A DNA stretch of 64,000 bases from Chiloscyllium plagiosum (GCF_004010195.1 NC_057719.1:41690249-41754248), one strand, 5' to 3'; counted from the first letter of the stretch, positions 26,092 to 39,276 are shown. The notes: generated from the sequence alone by a model not told the origin. Numbers and translations: made by a program.

Positions 26092-26689
26092 TTTTCAGAA
26101 TGATGGTCTTCTGTAAGACTTGAAAATCACTCACCTGAAGCGCTGACTTTGTTTCACTCTCTATAGTTGGACCCTTACCTGAGCTTTGCCAGCCTTTTTT
26201 GCTTGAATTTCAGATTTTCAGCTTCTAAGGCAAATAGACTTTTGTCCTATTGTAATCATTGTTGGAAATGCTTGTCAGCTCTAGAATGAAATATTCTTTA
26301 TTTTACAAATTGAACTGTTTATAAAGGTTTTTTTAACAGCCTCAGATTATCTCCAAGTGCTTTATGGTTTGTGAAATATAATTCCTGTTACAATTAAGAG
26401 AAATATTGCAATCAATTTGCACACAGCAGATTTCAACAAATAATGAAATAAAGCAAATGAAATAATTTCTGTATAATTTGTTTTAGTGATAGTTGTTGAA
26501 GGACATTGGCCAGAACACTGAGGGACAATTCCCCTCTTGTTGAAAAATTGTTATGGAATCTTATACATCCAGATCTGAATGCATAATTACAAGTTTCATA
26601 TGGTAAATATGACCACAATATAATGCGCACCATGTATTGCATCGGCAAAAAGTAAAATTTGCTCTGAAACCATATGCATTGGTGAAGAA

Positions 26690-27160
26690 AGTCTGAGGAA
26701 GGACATTCTTGCGACTGAGGGAGTCCAGCAAAAGGTTCACCAGACTGCTTCCTGAGATGGCAGGACGGATATATGAGGGAAGGCTGGATCGACTGGGCTT
26801 GTATTCGCTGGAATTTAGAAGAATGAGGGGATCTCTTAGAAACATACAAAATCCTGATGGGACTGCACAGGTTAGATGTGGGAAGAATGTTCCCGATTCT
26901 GGGTAAGTCCAGAACGAGGGGTCACAGTGTCAGAATAAGGGTTGGGCCATTCAGGACTGAGATGAGGAAACACTTCTTCACTCAGAGAGTTGTGAACCTG
27001 TGGAAGTCTCTCCCACCGGCTTGAGTGGCCCTTGTGGCTAAAGGGATCGAGGGTTTCAGGCATACTGAGATTACATGTTCAGCCCTGATCGTATTGAACG
27101 GTGGTGCAGGCTCGAAGGGCTGAATGGCCTACTTCTGCACCGATATCCTATGTTTCTATA
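26690..27160 (+). mobile_element. CR1 3' fragment
   Basis: RFTRLLPEMAG..YEGRLDRLGLYSLEFRRMRG; FFTQRVVNLW. Confidence 0.88.
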
Positions 27161-27449
27161 TGCAATATGCGCAATTGAATGCTTGCAACATTGTTGTCAA
27201 AATAATCCTTTATTGGCAAAATTTGTGAACAAACCAACTAAGCTCAAAGGTCTGTTCACACTCTAGCTTGTTAACTGCCCAACTCAACTCCTAGATCAAG
27301 CAAAACTTGTGATATTCAAGTAAATTGAATGTGTTGGTAGTGTTCGATGGTCAGTTTAGTGGAACACACATTGGTGACTCTTTTTACTACGTTCACATTG
27401 CAACTTTCAAACATAGGCTAGTTGTTACTGAAAACCATGCCAACAAATC

Positions 27450-28310
27450 AGATATTCAATGTTAATCAAGTAAGTGTTAAACTTTGGTGAAACTCACGGT
27501 GTAAAGTCCTAAATTAGCCAAAGCCACGAACATGAAACAAAGGCTCAGTATCTTGGGTTTGATGAGCAACTTCTGGTATATACTCATCAATGTTAAGCTA
27601 ATAGATATACTATCAGTATGACGGAAATTTGGTTTGAGTCCCCTTTCTATCACAAAATCATTGTATCCCCATAGCACCTTTAAAACATGCCCAAAATGGA
27701 ATTACGTATTCATACGTTGATGTGCTTCAGTCATGCATTGCATTCCTAATGATTTTGATGAAAGGCTATGTGAGTTCCATTGTTTTATATATAAGGGTAC
27801 AAAATCATCATCAATGCAGTGTATCTCATGTTGCCAACTTGGATCAGGCACCCCTGAAGTCTGACATTGTATTCAGTCAAACCATGGCTATCAAATGAGA
27901 AAAAATGATCACCTTAAGGTCAACTGACAATGCAAACAATTGTTTCATTGTCATGCTCAGAGCATATGGAGATGGGATAAAGATGCCATGATATATCACA
28001 TTCAAAGAAAATATTCTCCTAAAATAATCAGGTGGCCTCAGGACTGATCATTCATGAACATGAAAAAGCTTGGTTAGCTGAAGATTTGGCCAAAGACTCG
28101 TTGTATAGCACATAGTGCAAAGGGCCTACTTGGGAATTGTGGATGCTGGCCCTCTACACTTTAAGATGTCATTGAATGTTAAGCTTTAAACATATCATAG
28201 ACAATAATCACACAGATCTTGTCATTATTCCAGGGGTGTGACTAATCAGTTACAAATGATGGCCACCAGCTGACCATTAAAACAGCTGGTGTGCTACAAG
28301 TGTGAAACAA
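27450..28310 (+). mobile_element. Ancient pogo/Tigger DDE transposase remnant
   Basis: VANLDQAPL...ITLRSTDN.NNCFIVML.AYGDGIKMP...HEKAWLAEDL...DLVIIPG.TNQLQ correspond to pogo motifs N.DETP, DG.KLPP, W, IPGG.TS.LQP. Confidence 0.7.
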
Positions 28311-30539
28311 GTAGCTGTCATCTCGCGCAAGTGTTTATACTTCCTCGTTTGCCAACTGATCAGAGAAGCATGTGATCTATGTATTCCAGTAAAAGGAAAA
28401 AAGTCAGGAAAATACACATTATACTTGGAAAATTATTGTCATGTGTAGAATATCATTTTAAATGTAATGTATGCTTTCTGAATAAGTCATAGCAAACTCA
28501 AAATGTCAACTCTGTTTTTCTCTCTCTACAAATGCCAGACCTCCTGAGTTTCTTCAGCATTTTCTATTTTTAGTTCAGGTTTCCAGCATCTACAGTATTT
28601 TGCTTTTCTATGCCATAAGTAAAGGTTTTGTGGCACAGTGGTAGTGTCTCTATCTCTGGGTCAGAAGTTTTGAGTTTAAGTCTTGTATCATAACATCTCT
28701 GAATAGGTTGATTAAAATTTGATTTTTTAAATATGTTTTCACTCCAGAAGAGAAACTCTTGTTAAAGAAATACTGCAACAGAAAGGCATGTAATGCCCTT
28801 AAACTGGAGCACAGCTTCCATTAAACAAAAACACCTTTGCAATATTTTATTTCATTTTTAACACCAAAAGTCAATATTTGGTTTTGCTTTTTGTCAGAAA
28901 AGCTATTTTCTATGTGAGTGGAGAGTGAAAGTTTTGAAAGCAAACATCCTGTTTCCCACCTTAATTGTTCTTACATCTCACTGCTCAGTATATTCAATGG
29001 AACATCACAGGGTGGTGCATAAATATGCAAATTGTGGTGAATGCAAGAACTGCCAAGGCGATAATTGCCACTATACTTGTGCTTTAAAACATTTTTTTCT
29101 TTAATATCCTGAAGTTTGAAGGTAATACAGTGTTGCATTATATATTTTGCCTTGATTATAATGCATTCCACAGTGTCTTGATCATTTATAATGACCAGAA
29201 TGGTTGGATTATGATTTTTTTCCTCTGTATTTGAACAGTCTTAGAAAGCTCCCTGCAGAATGGATTGGATAACCGGGAATGCTGGTAACTTTCGACCAGA
29301 TATTCAAAAGACAAATTCAGTCCTACATTCGTAGGAATTAGGCAAAGATATTGGAACAAATAGTAATTTGTTGAAAAGGAAATCTCTGAACTGTAACCCA
29401 TCTGCGCTCATTAATGGCGAACATGTCTATTTTCACCAACTTCATACAACAGGGCGACATGTTCTGGGTATTTGCTCACAGTATTGTTCTTTGTTGGTCT
29501 GAGTGCTTGTGAGAAAATTGTAAACAGCAGTTTATGCATTACTGATACACACTAGAGGCAACTCAAACCATCATTGTAAAAAGTTTCCAATTTAAATGAA
29601 AATTTTAACACATTTCTGACCTAAATAATTTACAGAACTGATTTATTCCTAAAATAATGTTTAGTCATATCAGCAAGCAAGGCAGGACCTTCAAAGAGAA
29701 GAATGTGAAAGTCAGTGTTCTGTAATCAGCAATCCAATTGTTACAAGATTCTCATGATACTTGGACAACCAATCACAACACTGAGACTGATTCCACAAAG
29801 TTTTTTTCAAACTCTACAGAAGTGCTCGGTCCCTGTTTTCTCTGTGCTGTCGCATTTATTGGCATGATGAGAATTTGGGTTTATACAAACTCCTTTATTG
29901 TCCTATGTCCTACGTTATGGTTTTTGAATTATTTAGGACAGCACCAGTAAAATATTTTTGAACTGCTGTAAACGTTCAGGTCAATTAAACTTCAGTGAGT
30001 TTAGCTGGGAATTTGAATTGAATGAAAATGTTGGAGATTTGTTATAACAGTGTTTGATTGTATAAACATTGTCAAGATTCACTTTGAAGGATGCCTAATT
30101 CCTGATGAGTACTGTTTTTTGAAACCATGGGAAGTGAGCACAGACAGGATTATGGGGTCAAGTGATGTGTAAGATAGTGGTTCTGAAAGACTTAATGCTG
30201 AAGACGACATTAAACTCAACCAATTTGATGATTCAGTAAAGATGTGGGGAGGGAAAGGCGGAAGAACCCTGGATCTTGAAGGAGACAAATCCACTTTAAA
30301 GGTCTCATCATAGTGTTTTTACAATGTCCATGACACCAACATTCATTTTTATTGCTGCCATGTGATAAAATATATCATGCCTTAGACAAGAGTCTGTTCT
30401 GTTCACCTTGAGGTTTGCTTCTACTACATTCGACAAAACAGGCCCTGTGGATCCCAACTGAAAAAGAATATATAGCAAATATACCCTTTGGGTGACCATA
30501 CAAAATACTCTTCGCATTGGTCCCCTGAAGATTTAGTTT

Positions 30540-30724
30540 GAGTCAAAAAAAACCTGCAGATGCTGGAATCCAAGGTAGACAAGCAGGAGGCTGGAAGAAC
30601 ACAGCAAGCCAGACAGTATCAGGAGGTGGAGAAATCCTGAAGAAAGGTTACACCCGAAACGTCGATTTCTCCACTTCCTGATGCTGCCTGGCTTGCTGTG
30701 CTCTTCCGGCCTTCTTGTCTACTC
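30540..30724 (+). mobile_element. Palindromic PLE mini-element with central HHR; 12-bp target duplication
   Basis: AAGATTTAGTTT at 30528-30539 and 30725-30736; arms 30575-30636 and 30664-30722. Confidence 0.88.
30626..30674 (+). ncRNA. Minimal hammerhead ribozyme with extended helix I
   Basis: GTGGAGAAATC-CTGAAGA-A-aGGT-TAC-ACCc-GAAAC-GTC-GATTTCTCCAC; the closing pair of stem II is an A.C mismatch. Confidence 0.75.
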
Positions 30725-30779
30725 AAGATTTAGTTTAGCTGCACATTTACAACATGGGAGGCAGCAATGTGAATTCGAA

Positions 30780-30990
30780 ATCAGTTTAGCTGAATAGAAA
30801 GATTTTTTGTGCCTGTCTGAAAAGGCAGCAGAGCCTTTGCTTAGTATCTCATCCAAAAGGTGTTAAACTGAGGCTCTTTCTGCCCTTGCAGGTGGATTTG
30901 AACAACATTATGGCACTAAATTAAAGTGTAGCAGGAGAGTTACCTCCGAGCTAACAATTACCCCTCATTCACCATTACAAAAATATGCTT
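30780..30990. mobile_element. Deu-domain SINE remnant (SacSINE1/AmnSINE-like)
   Basis: aaactgaggctc...tgcccttgcaggtgga...atggcacta...gcaggagagtt Deu-like core. Confidence 0.5.
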
Positions 30991-32254
30991 ATTTTTTCTT
31001 CCAGAATACAGAGATATTTTATCCTTGCAGTAAAATCTATCACTAGCGGACCAACTATCAATGAGCTATCAATATGAATAATAAGCACACAACCATGGTC
31101 TGCCATTTTGTGCTGTGTATATTTACATTGAGCCGATATTTTTTGTCAAACTGAAACTTGCTTTGTTGACTCCCATCATGAAATGCCTTTGAAATCTTCA
31201 GAATGTTCTAAAGAGTTTCATAACTAATAAATTATTGTCACTGCTGTTTTATAGACAAATACAACCGATTCACTCACAGTAGGGTCTCAAAAGCAACAAG
31301 TTAAAGACTGAGCAGTTAATCTGGTATTGGCAACAGACTAAACCATGGTCAGAGCACTGTGAAACCTTGCTTCATTTATTTAAGAAAAGATTTATTTGAA
31401 AGCTCACTGCCTCAAAGGCTCACATTAGGGAATAGCTCAATGCCCTTACACAAAAATAAGGTTACAAAGTCGGAATTCGTTCACAGTGAGGTTATTTTCT
31501 TTTCTCTTCTTGCCCAGTAATCCTATTATTCTAAAAATATTCTTGTGGCATTTTCCAAGATGGCCATGGGTACCTGGTGTTTTTTTACCACCTTCAACAG
31601 TATGAAGTACTGAACAAGGTCTGTTTGAGAGAATTCGCTGTCACCAATTCTCCATTTATATTTGCTTTACCTAGGGCTAATCTAGTGATTAATGACAGAG
31701 ATTATACCAAAATATCTATGGAAAAGACATATCTCTTAAGATGACAAGAAGGCTTATTGCATGATAGCAATAAGTAAAACAACCTTTAGCCAGACATAAT
31801 TACTAAGATATAAGGGAACTGGTACAAACAGATCTGCCCCCTCTAAACATTAGAGTAGAACACCTTGTCTCCACTCATGGACTGTTTGTGACATCAACAG
31901 AATGGGTGGAACCAATATAACATGCACGTTCACTCCTTCAGAATGAGGAGAACAACTTTTGTATGCAAAAATCAGTAGCTTTATTTGGATGAAAAACGAC
32001 ATTGTGAATATGCTATTAAAGTATTTTTCACAATTCAGGCCTTCGTGTGGTCTCTTAGTGACATCACAGCTTTTGTCCTGAAGTAAACTTTGTTTTACAA
32101 CAACAAAAAAAGCACCTTTCAATAACCTGCCCTTGGAGATGAAATGTTACTCGATGCTGACGATGACGGTGCAGGAATAAACATCATAAATTTTGCAAGA
32201 TACTTACATTTGTAACTCCTCAGAAACTGAATCACTCCTTGCCCAAATGCAACA

Positions 32255-33030
32255 ATCCTAACCCTATCACAGATCTGGACAATATCAAGGCTTTGTCTGA
32301 TAAATGGCAGGTAGCATTTGTGCAACATAAGTGCCAGGCAATGATAGTTTCTGACAAGGGATAATCTAACCATTGCCCCATGACATTCAATTGTATCACC
32401 ATTACTGAATCCTTCATTTTCAATATCCTGGGGATTACCATTGATCAGAAATTGAACTGGACAATAGACTGTGGCTAAAAGATCAGATCAGCGGGTAGGA
32501 ACTTTACAGTGAATAACTCACCTCCTCACTACCTGAAACCTGAACAGCAAGGTAAAAGTTAGGAGTGTGATGGAATACTCCCTACTTGTCTGTCTGACTG
32601 CAGCTCCAGCAACATTTAAGAAGCTTGACACTATCTGGGATAAAGCAGCCTGTTTGTTTGGCATCACATTCACCACCAATGTTCAGTAGCAGCAGTGTGC
32701 ACCATCTGAGATACATGACAGAACTTCACCAAGGGTCCACAGACAGCACTGTCTAAACCCACAATCACCAACATCTGAAGGACAAGGGGAGCAGATATAT
32801 GGGAACAACATTACCTGCAGATTACTCACCATCCTGACTTGAAAAAACTATTCGATTTTGTCAGTGTCACTTAGTCCATACCTTGTAATTCCCTTCCTAA
32901 TAGCACTGTGGGCATATCTACACCAAATGGAGTACAACTGTACAAAATTTCAGCCATCTTCTCAAGGGCAATGAGGGATGGGCAATAACTGTTGGCCCAG
33001 ACAGCAAAACCAAAATCCAGACAGTGATTT
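32255..33030 (+). mobile_element. CR1/L2-group LINE 3' fragment
   Basis: DLDNIKALSDKWQVAF..HKCQAM...LGITIDQKLNW...VRSVMEYS; gggatgggcaata tail. Confidence 0.8.
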
Positions 33031-33949
33031 TAAAGCATCCTATATCAATCAACGTTTAGGCTATGATGAAATTTACAAAACAGATCAAAATTACCATAAG
33101 CTAAGATTAATTTAAGCATTCAATTTATGAATTAAATCCCTTTGAAATATAAGAGTATGGAAAGCTATCATAATTGCAAAAAAAATCCTTTGCAACACAT
33201 GCTAACCATAGTTTTCCATTTACATCCAACAAAGACATGAAAATACTTAATGTTTTAAAACCATACTGTAAATAAAACGATGTGACAGCAAGAAAAAGCT
33301 GATTGTGACGGTGACAACAAAAGTTACAAGGCCCGAATCGCATTCCAACAACAGTGCTGAGAACTTGTACTCCCGAGCAAAGCAAACTGCTAACCAATGT
33401 GTTCCAGCACTGGCAGTAACCCAACAAAATTGTCCAGGTACGTCCTTCACACAAAATGCAGGATTAATCAATTCACGATTGTCAGAATGCACACTACTTC
33501 CATGGATGAGTGCAACGCTTAACAACATTCAAGAATCTCAATGCTAATTTGAACAAAGTAAGTCTGCTTGATTGGCTTTACCCCCCCCATTTCCTCCACT
33601 ATCAGTGCACTGTGGCAACAGTATATACCATCTACAAAATGGCATATACTGCAACTAGTTACCAAGGCTTATTTGGCAGCACCTCTAGCATTTAGAAAGA
33701 CACCAGATACAACAATCTCTTATATTGTCATCCACGTTGTACATGCCATTCATGAAAATGCATTGTAGAAACGTAATTATTTCGTTGGTGTGGCATCCTG
33801 AGGCTTATTATCAAACAGCACTGTGGAACAATAAATGCTGGCCCAGACAGTGTTACCTTTAATTTGTGAATGAATAAAGCAAAACTCCTGTTTAATCTTT
33901 CAAGCATAATAAAAATTGATGACTGCTTCCTCTCGGTGCCAGCCACTTT

Positions 33950-35760
33950 CACCTCACTCCCTTTTGCTCATTCCAGAAGAAATCATCACGCGATAGGGCA
34001 GAAAGGGCCCAGGCAGTGGTGGGATGCGTGTCCGTATGTGCCTTATCCCCTATGAGGAAAGAATCCTGGCCCTCTTAGGAGAATCAGGGGATTGCTCCTG
34101 CAGGGATACCGAGTACCACTGTTCATTCCAATACAGCTCTTACATTAATTTCACTGTCAGTGTCATTTATTGCACACAACTCAAAACCTTGAAGTTTCTC
34201 TCTTTTCTGTCTTGCACTTAAAAGTGGGATGCCCATGTAATTTAGCCACTCTGCAAGGAAGAACCTCGAGCACCTCAGAGGAGGAGAGTTCAGAGGCCTC
34301 AGAAGAGACATTGGAAAGGCTGCTCCTGTGCTCCCACCAGCTCAGAAACTGTCATCTCAGTGGTGGTGGGTAAAGGAGTTGAGAGTCAGTGATGACTTCA
34401 TTGCCTCATCTCTGCCTCTAGCTGAGAAAGTAATGCCCTAGCCTACTGGAGTGCAGGTGCTTACTGCTCCCTGGCAGGGTAGAACACTACAATGCTGGCA
34501 ATAAGAGATTTTGAGCACATAGAGTCATAGAGATGTACAGCATGGAAACAGGTCCAACTTCTCCCTGCCGACCAGAAATCCCAACCCAATCTAGTCCTAC
34601 CTGCCAGCACCTGGCCCATATTGCTCCAAACAATTCCTATTCATATACCTATTCAAGTGCCTTTTAAACGCTGCAATTTTACTAGCCTTCACCACTTCCT
34701 CTGGCAGCTCATTCCATACATGTACCACCCCCTCTATGAAAATGTTGCCCCTTAGGTCTGTTTTATATCTTTCCCCTCTCACCCTAAACCTATGCTCTCT
34801 AGTTCTCAACTTTGTCTATTTATCCTATCCATGACCCTTATGATTATATAAACCTCTATAAGGTCACCCCTCGGCCTCCAACACTCTAGGGAAAACAGTC
34901 CCCCAGCCTATTCAGCCTCTCCTTTTAGTTCAAATCCTCCAACTCTGGCAACATCCTTGTAAATCTTTTCTGAATCCTTTCAAGTTTCACAACATCCTTC
35001 CAATAGGAAGGAGAGTAGAATTACAAGCAATATTCCAAAAGTGGCCTGACTAATGTCCTCTTCAGCCGCAACATGACCTCCCAACTCCTGTAATCAATAC
35101 TCTGTTCAAGGAGACACAGGAGCAGTAGTCAGGTGTGTGGGAGGCAATGGCCCTCATAGCCCAGGAGCTGAAGGGCTGCAGCTACTCCATGGGAACCTTG
35201 CTGCCTCAGGCAAGCAATCATCTGGCGGCCTGTATGGATTGATTTCTAGTTGCTGTGACAAGCTAGGCCGAGTATCTAAGGGTCTGCTGGATATACAAAA
35301 GGACCAGCACTCCATGGCTCTATCCATTAGTCTGCAGCATGAGTGGCAAGTTGACAAGGGGAACCCTGACCTCACTCCAGCTGCTCCCCTCTTACAAGGG
35401 GACAGGGTACCTACCAGCAAGCACACAGCCAGAGGAACAACCTGACTTATCTCCTCCCAGGATACTCCAGAGGTGGCTGGGCCTTCTACCTCCACCTTGC
35501 CTGTCATCCTCATACCTTTGGGAGTTTCCACCAAGGAGGCTACCCTGGTCTCTGGCAAGGACACACTCAGCAAGTCTGGGCCCTTTACGCAAATCCACAA
35601 CTGGGGCCACCTTGATAGTCTCCAAGGCCAACAGGGCTTCTACTATCAGGCAGCTTCCCTCCAGCCCAGCTGCAGAACCTAGGCCTGCATTTAGATGCAT
35701 TGGGAACGAAAGGAAAAGGAAAAATCTTAAGGGCACATTAGTGGCATGAATGACGTCACT
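33950..35760 (+). mobile_element. Harbinger Myb/SANT-ORF downstream remnant, interrupted by CR1
   Basis: RAER...GG...LIPYEERILALLGE segment resembling Harbinger ORF2; GC-richer decayed coding texture. Confidence 0.4.
34519..35102 (-). mobile_element. CR1 3' fragment
   Basis: atagagtcatagag tail; RFRVRGERYK.DLRGN...WNELPEEVV. Confidence 0.9.
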
Positions 35761-35824
35761 TTTTATTGTGCCTCACATGTGTTTAAACATGTGGAATATG
35801 CTAGCTCGATTCCATTTGTTAAAA

Positions 35825-36250
35825 ACCCTGCTTGATTGACACCCTATTCACTACCTTCAACATTCACTCCTTTCACCACTGACACACAATGGTAACAGTG
35901 TGAACCACCTACACAATGTATTGTGGTAACTCATCAAGGCCCCTCTGACCAAACCTTCTAAACCTGCCACTTCTACCACCTAAAATGATAAAGGCAGCAG
36001 ACGCATAGGAATGCAACTACCTCAAAGGACCCCTCCAAGTGACAGACCATCCTGACTTGGAACCGTATCGCCTTTCCTCATTGTCACTGGGTCAAAATAC
36101 TGGAACTCCCTTCCTAACAATGCTATGGGTATCCCTGAAACTCTGAGAAACTGCAGTGGCTCTAGAAGGCAGCTCAGCACCACCTTATCCAGGGCAAAGA
36201 CAGATAAGCAGTAAATGCCAGCCTGACCAGCAATGCTCACACGCCACAAA
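35825..36250 (+). mobile_element. CR1/L2-group LINE 3' fragment
   Basis: Homologous to 32640-33030. Confidence 0.7.
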
Positions 36251-36860
36251 CATCACATAAGGAGACAATGGGCAGAATTTTCCCCACCTTCATTTGGTGA
36301 AAGTAATATGGTGACAAATAGAATAAGAATGAAAAATCAGTCTTTTATCATTCAGAAACAGTTTTTTTGTCAAGTCTTAAAAGTCAACTTCAGAATCTCG
36401 TCCTTGACCTTATTTCCACTTATTTGTATTTCATTAAATCTCAAACTCACCTGATTTAGCTCCCACTTCCAATTCTCTCTTCCTTTACCAATCAAGTGCA
36501 AGCTGTCTGGGGATTACAAGTAGATCCATTGGGAAGCGCTGTTGAGACATTGGTCTGGGGTGAGATTATTTTATTTGTAATGAGACACAAGGAGAGATTG
36601 AGACTGATGGAAGTGAGTGCAAGAGCAAGTATTTGTGATGCAGGAGCAGGAGAGGTGGTGAGTTGTCACCATTGAGTGAGTAAGAAGTGCAGAGGAAGGG
36701 TTTGTCGCTTGGGAGGATGAAACTGGTGACTGCCTTCAAGTGGTCACAATGCATGTAATTCTGTCGTCCATGAGCTCTGGTGACAGTGCTGCAAGGTGGC
36801 AGAGTTAGCATGAGTGCTGTCCATCTGAGTAAAAAGCAGCAGGAAAAGATAGGTGGCTCT

Positions 36861-37962
36861 TACCCTGGTTGTACAGCATTGTTGGGCACCCTTTAGATAT
36901 GGCACCCTGGTGGTGCAGCATTGTTGGGTATCTGTTAGACATGGCACCCTGGTGGTGTAGAGCACAATATGGAAGCAGATCCTTTGGTCCAACCCGTCCA
37001 TGCCGACCAGATATCCCAACCCAATCTAGTCCCACCTGCCAGCACCCGGCCCATATTGCTCCAAACCCTTCCTATTCATATACCCATCCAAATGCCTTTT
37101 AAATGCTACGATTTTACTAACCTCCACCACTTCCTCTAACAGCTCATTCCATACACATACCACCCTCTGAGCGAAAAAGTTGCCCCTTAGGTCTATTTTA
37201 TATCTTTCCCATCTCACCCTAAACCTATGCCCTCTAGTTCTGGACTTCTGCAACCCAGGCAAAAGACTTTGTCTATTTACCCTATTTATGTCCCTCATGA
37301 TTTTATAAACCTCCATAAGGTCACCCCTCAGCCTTCGACACTCCACGGAAAACAGCCTCAGCCTGTTCAGCCTCTGCCTTTAGCTCAAATCCTCCAAGTC
37401 TGGCAACATCCTTGGAAATCTTTTCTGAACCCTTTCAAATTTCACAGCATTAAACATGGCACCCTGGTGATGCCGCATTGTTGAGTATCCGTTAAACATG
37501 GCACCCTGGTAGTGCAGTTTTGTTGGTTATCCGTTAGACATGGCACTCTGATGGTGCAGCATTGTTGAGTATCCATTAGACATGGCACCCTGGTGATGCA
37601 GCATTGTTGAGTATCCATTAGACATGGCACCCTGGTGGTGCAGCATTGTTGAGTATCCGTTAGACATGGCACCCTGGTGATGCAGCATTGTTGAGTATCC
37701 ATTAGACATGGCACCCTGGTGGTGCAGTATTGTTGGGTATCTGTTCGACATGGCACCCTGTGGTGCAGCATCATTGGGTATCCGTTAGACATGGCACACT
37801 TGTGGTGCAGCATCGTTGGGTATCCATTAGACATGGCACTGTGATGGTGCAGCATTGTTGGGTATCTGTTCGACATGACACTCTAATAATGCAACATTGT
37901 TGGGTATCTGTTAGACATGGCACCCTGGTGGTGCAGGATTGCTGGGTATCTGTTAGACATGG
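36861..37962. repeat. 42-bp minisatellite, about 2.5 plus about 12 units, split by a CR1
   Basis: Unit catggcaccctggtggtgcagcattgttgggtatccgttaga; 14-aa periodicity in the ORF track. Confidence 0.95.
36960..37450 (-). mobile_element. CR1 3' fragment inserted in the minisatellite
   Basis: RRLRGDLMEVYKIM...RTRGH...WNEL. Confidence 0.92.
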
Positions 37963-38985
37963 GACTCAGCACTGATCCATGCTGTAATTTCTGATCCAGC
38001 TGGCAGGGACCAGTGATGTGGCCTGCTTTGGCAGTTAGCTGGAAAAAGGACTGACCTCCTCTCACTTCCCGTCCATCAGCACCTCCACCTCCTTACCTGG
38101 AAGCAGGGAGTGAGCATTCCTTTCCTTTGTGACAATTTTAGAGTCAAGCACTGGAGCTGGAGAGGTAGTTCCTGGTTTGCAGCATCTGAATGGTGTACAG
38201 CTAGTCTCTAAATATAGTGTCAGAGGTATGCAAACCAGAATATCCCAGCCATGCCAACCACTTCTTTGTCATTCACCCTGAGATTTCTGGCAAAACACAT
38301 CCAATAGTTCAGTTGCATAATTAATGAGGTGAAGAGTGGAAGGTTGCACAAAAAAATTATCCCAGCCATGACAGACTGGCCAGGTACCATGAACTTGACT
38401 TACCACCACGTTTTTATTGCAAATTGGAAAATTTAACCCCTGATTTTACTTGGTGTGACTGCATGTCTGTCTGTGTCTGTGCATGTCTGTGCATATACAC
38501 ACATGGGTATCTTCATATGTGTGCACGCGTGCGTATGTACTTCTCTGTTACCAGTTTTTCAAAAGAATGAAGAAGTGATCCATGCTTTCCTCTGAAAGAT
38601 GATAATATTTTCTAATAGTGCACTTAAGGCAAAAATCCCTTGTCATGTGTGTACACTTTAAATTAATACCAGTTCCCATGATCTCACCAATGTTGACTGT
38701 TCATTTTGAATACAAAATGGGTACATCCATACGGTACATATGTGCCACTTTCTGCACACTAATAAGAATATAAGAACTAGGAACAGTCAATTCAGTCCTT
38801 CAAGTCTGCTCCACCATTTAATACAAACAAGGCTTATCTCATCTCGGCCTCAACTCTACTTTGCTGTCTGCTTTTTATAACCTTTCAATCTTCCTACTTC
38901 CCCCTTAAATTTATTCAATATCCAAGCATCCACTATACTTTGGGCTAGTGAATTCCACAGGTTCACAACCTTTTGTGAGAAGTAG

Positions 38986-39276
38986 AGTGGCTCAGTGGTT
39001 AGCACTGCTGCCTCACAGCACCAGGGACCCAGGTTTGATACCAGCTTTGGGTGACTGTCCATGTGGAGTTTGCATATTCTCCCTGTGTCTGTATGGGTTT
39101 CCTCCCACAGTCCAAAGATGTGCCAGTCAGGTGGATTGGCCATGCGAAATTGCCTATAGTGTTCATGGATGTGTAGGCTAGTTAGAAAATACAGGGATAG
39201 GATGAGTCTGGATGGAATGCTCCAAGGATGATCAGTGTGGGCTGAATGGCCTGTTTCCACACTGTAGGAAGTCTAT
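38986..39276 (+). mobile_element. HE1-type V-SINE
   Basis: gtggctcagtggttagcactgctgcctcacagc (A box), ggtttgatacc (B box), V-domain. Confidence 0.88.

Larger units (their letters stand above)
36270..38440 (-). mobile_element. Harbinger-derived element hosting the minisatellite and a CR1
   Basis: TIR-like ends gggcagaattttcc (36270) and ggaaaatttaaccc (about 38426-38439); minus-strand ERRSVLFP...LPAGSEITAW Myb-like remnant near 37980-38110. Confidence 0.4.

Noticed and set aside
27450..28310. POGK/TIGD host gene
   Set aside because: Multiple stops and frameshifts
30079..30312. Open frames on both strands
   Set aside because: No credible splice signals or recognisable protein
33395..33444. 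Minus-strand 50-nt exon (TYLDNFVGLLPVLEHI)
   Set aside because: Weak acceptor and donor and no partner exons; cannot be supported without a search
36861..37962. Minisatellite as a CRISPR array or Cys/His-rich repeat protein gene
   Set aside because: Units are contiguous with no unique spacers, the context is eukaryotic, and the array is split by a CR1; open frames follow from the 42-bp period
38986..39045. tRNA genes (also about 39380 and 61540)
   Set aside because: A/B boxes run directly into SINE bodies; no complete cloverleaf
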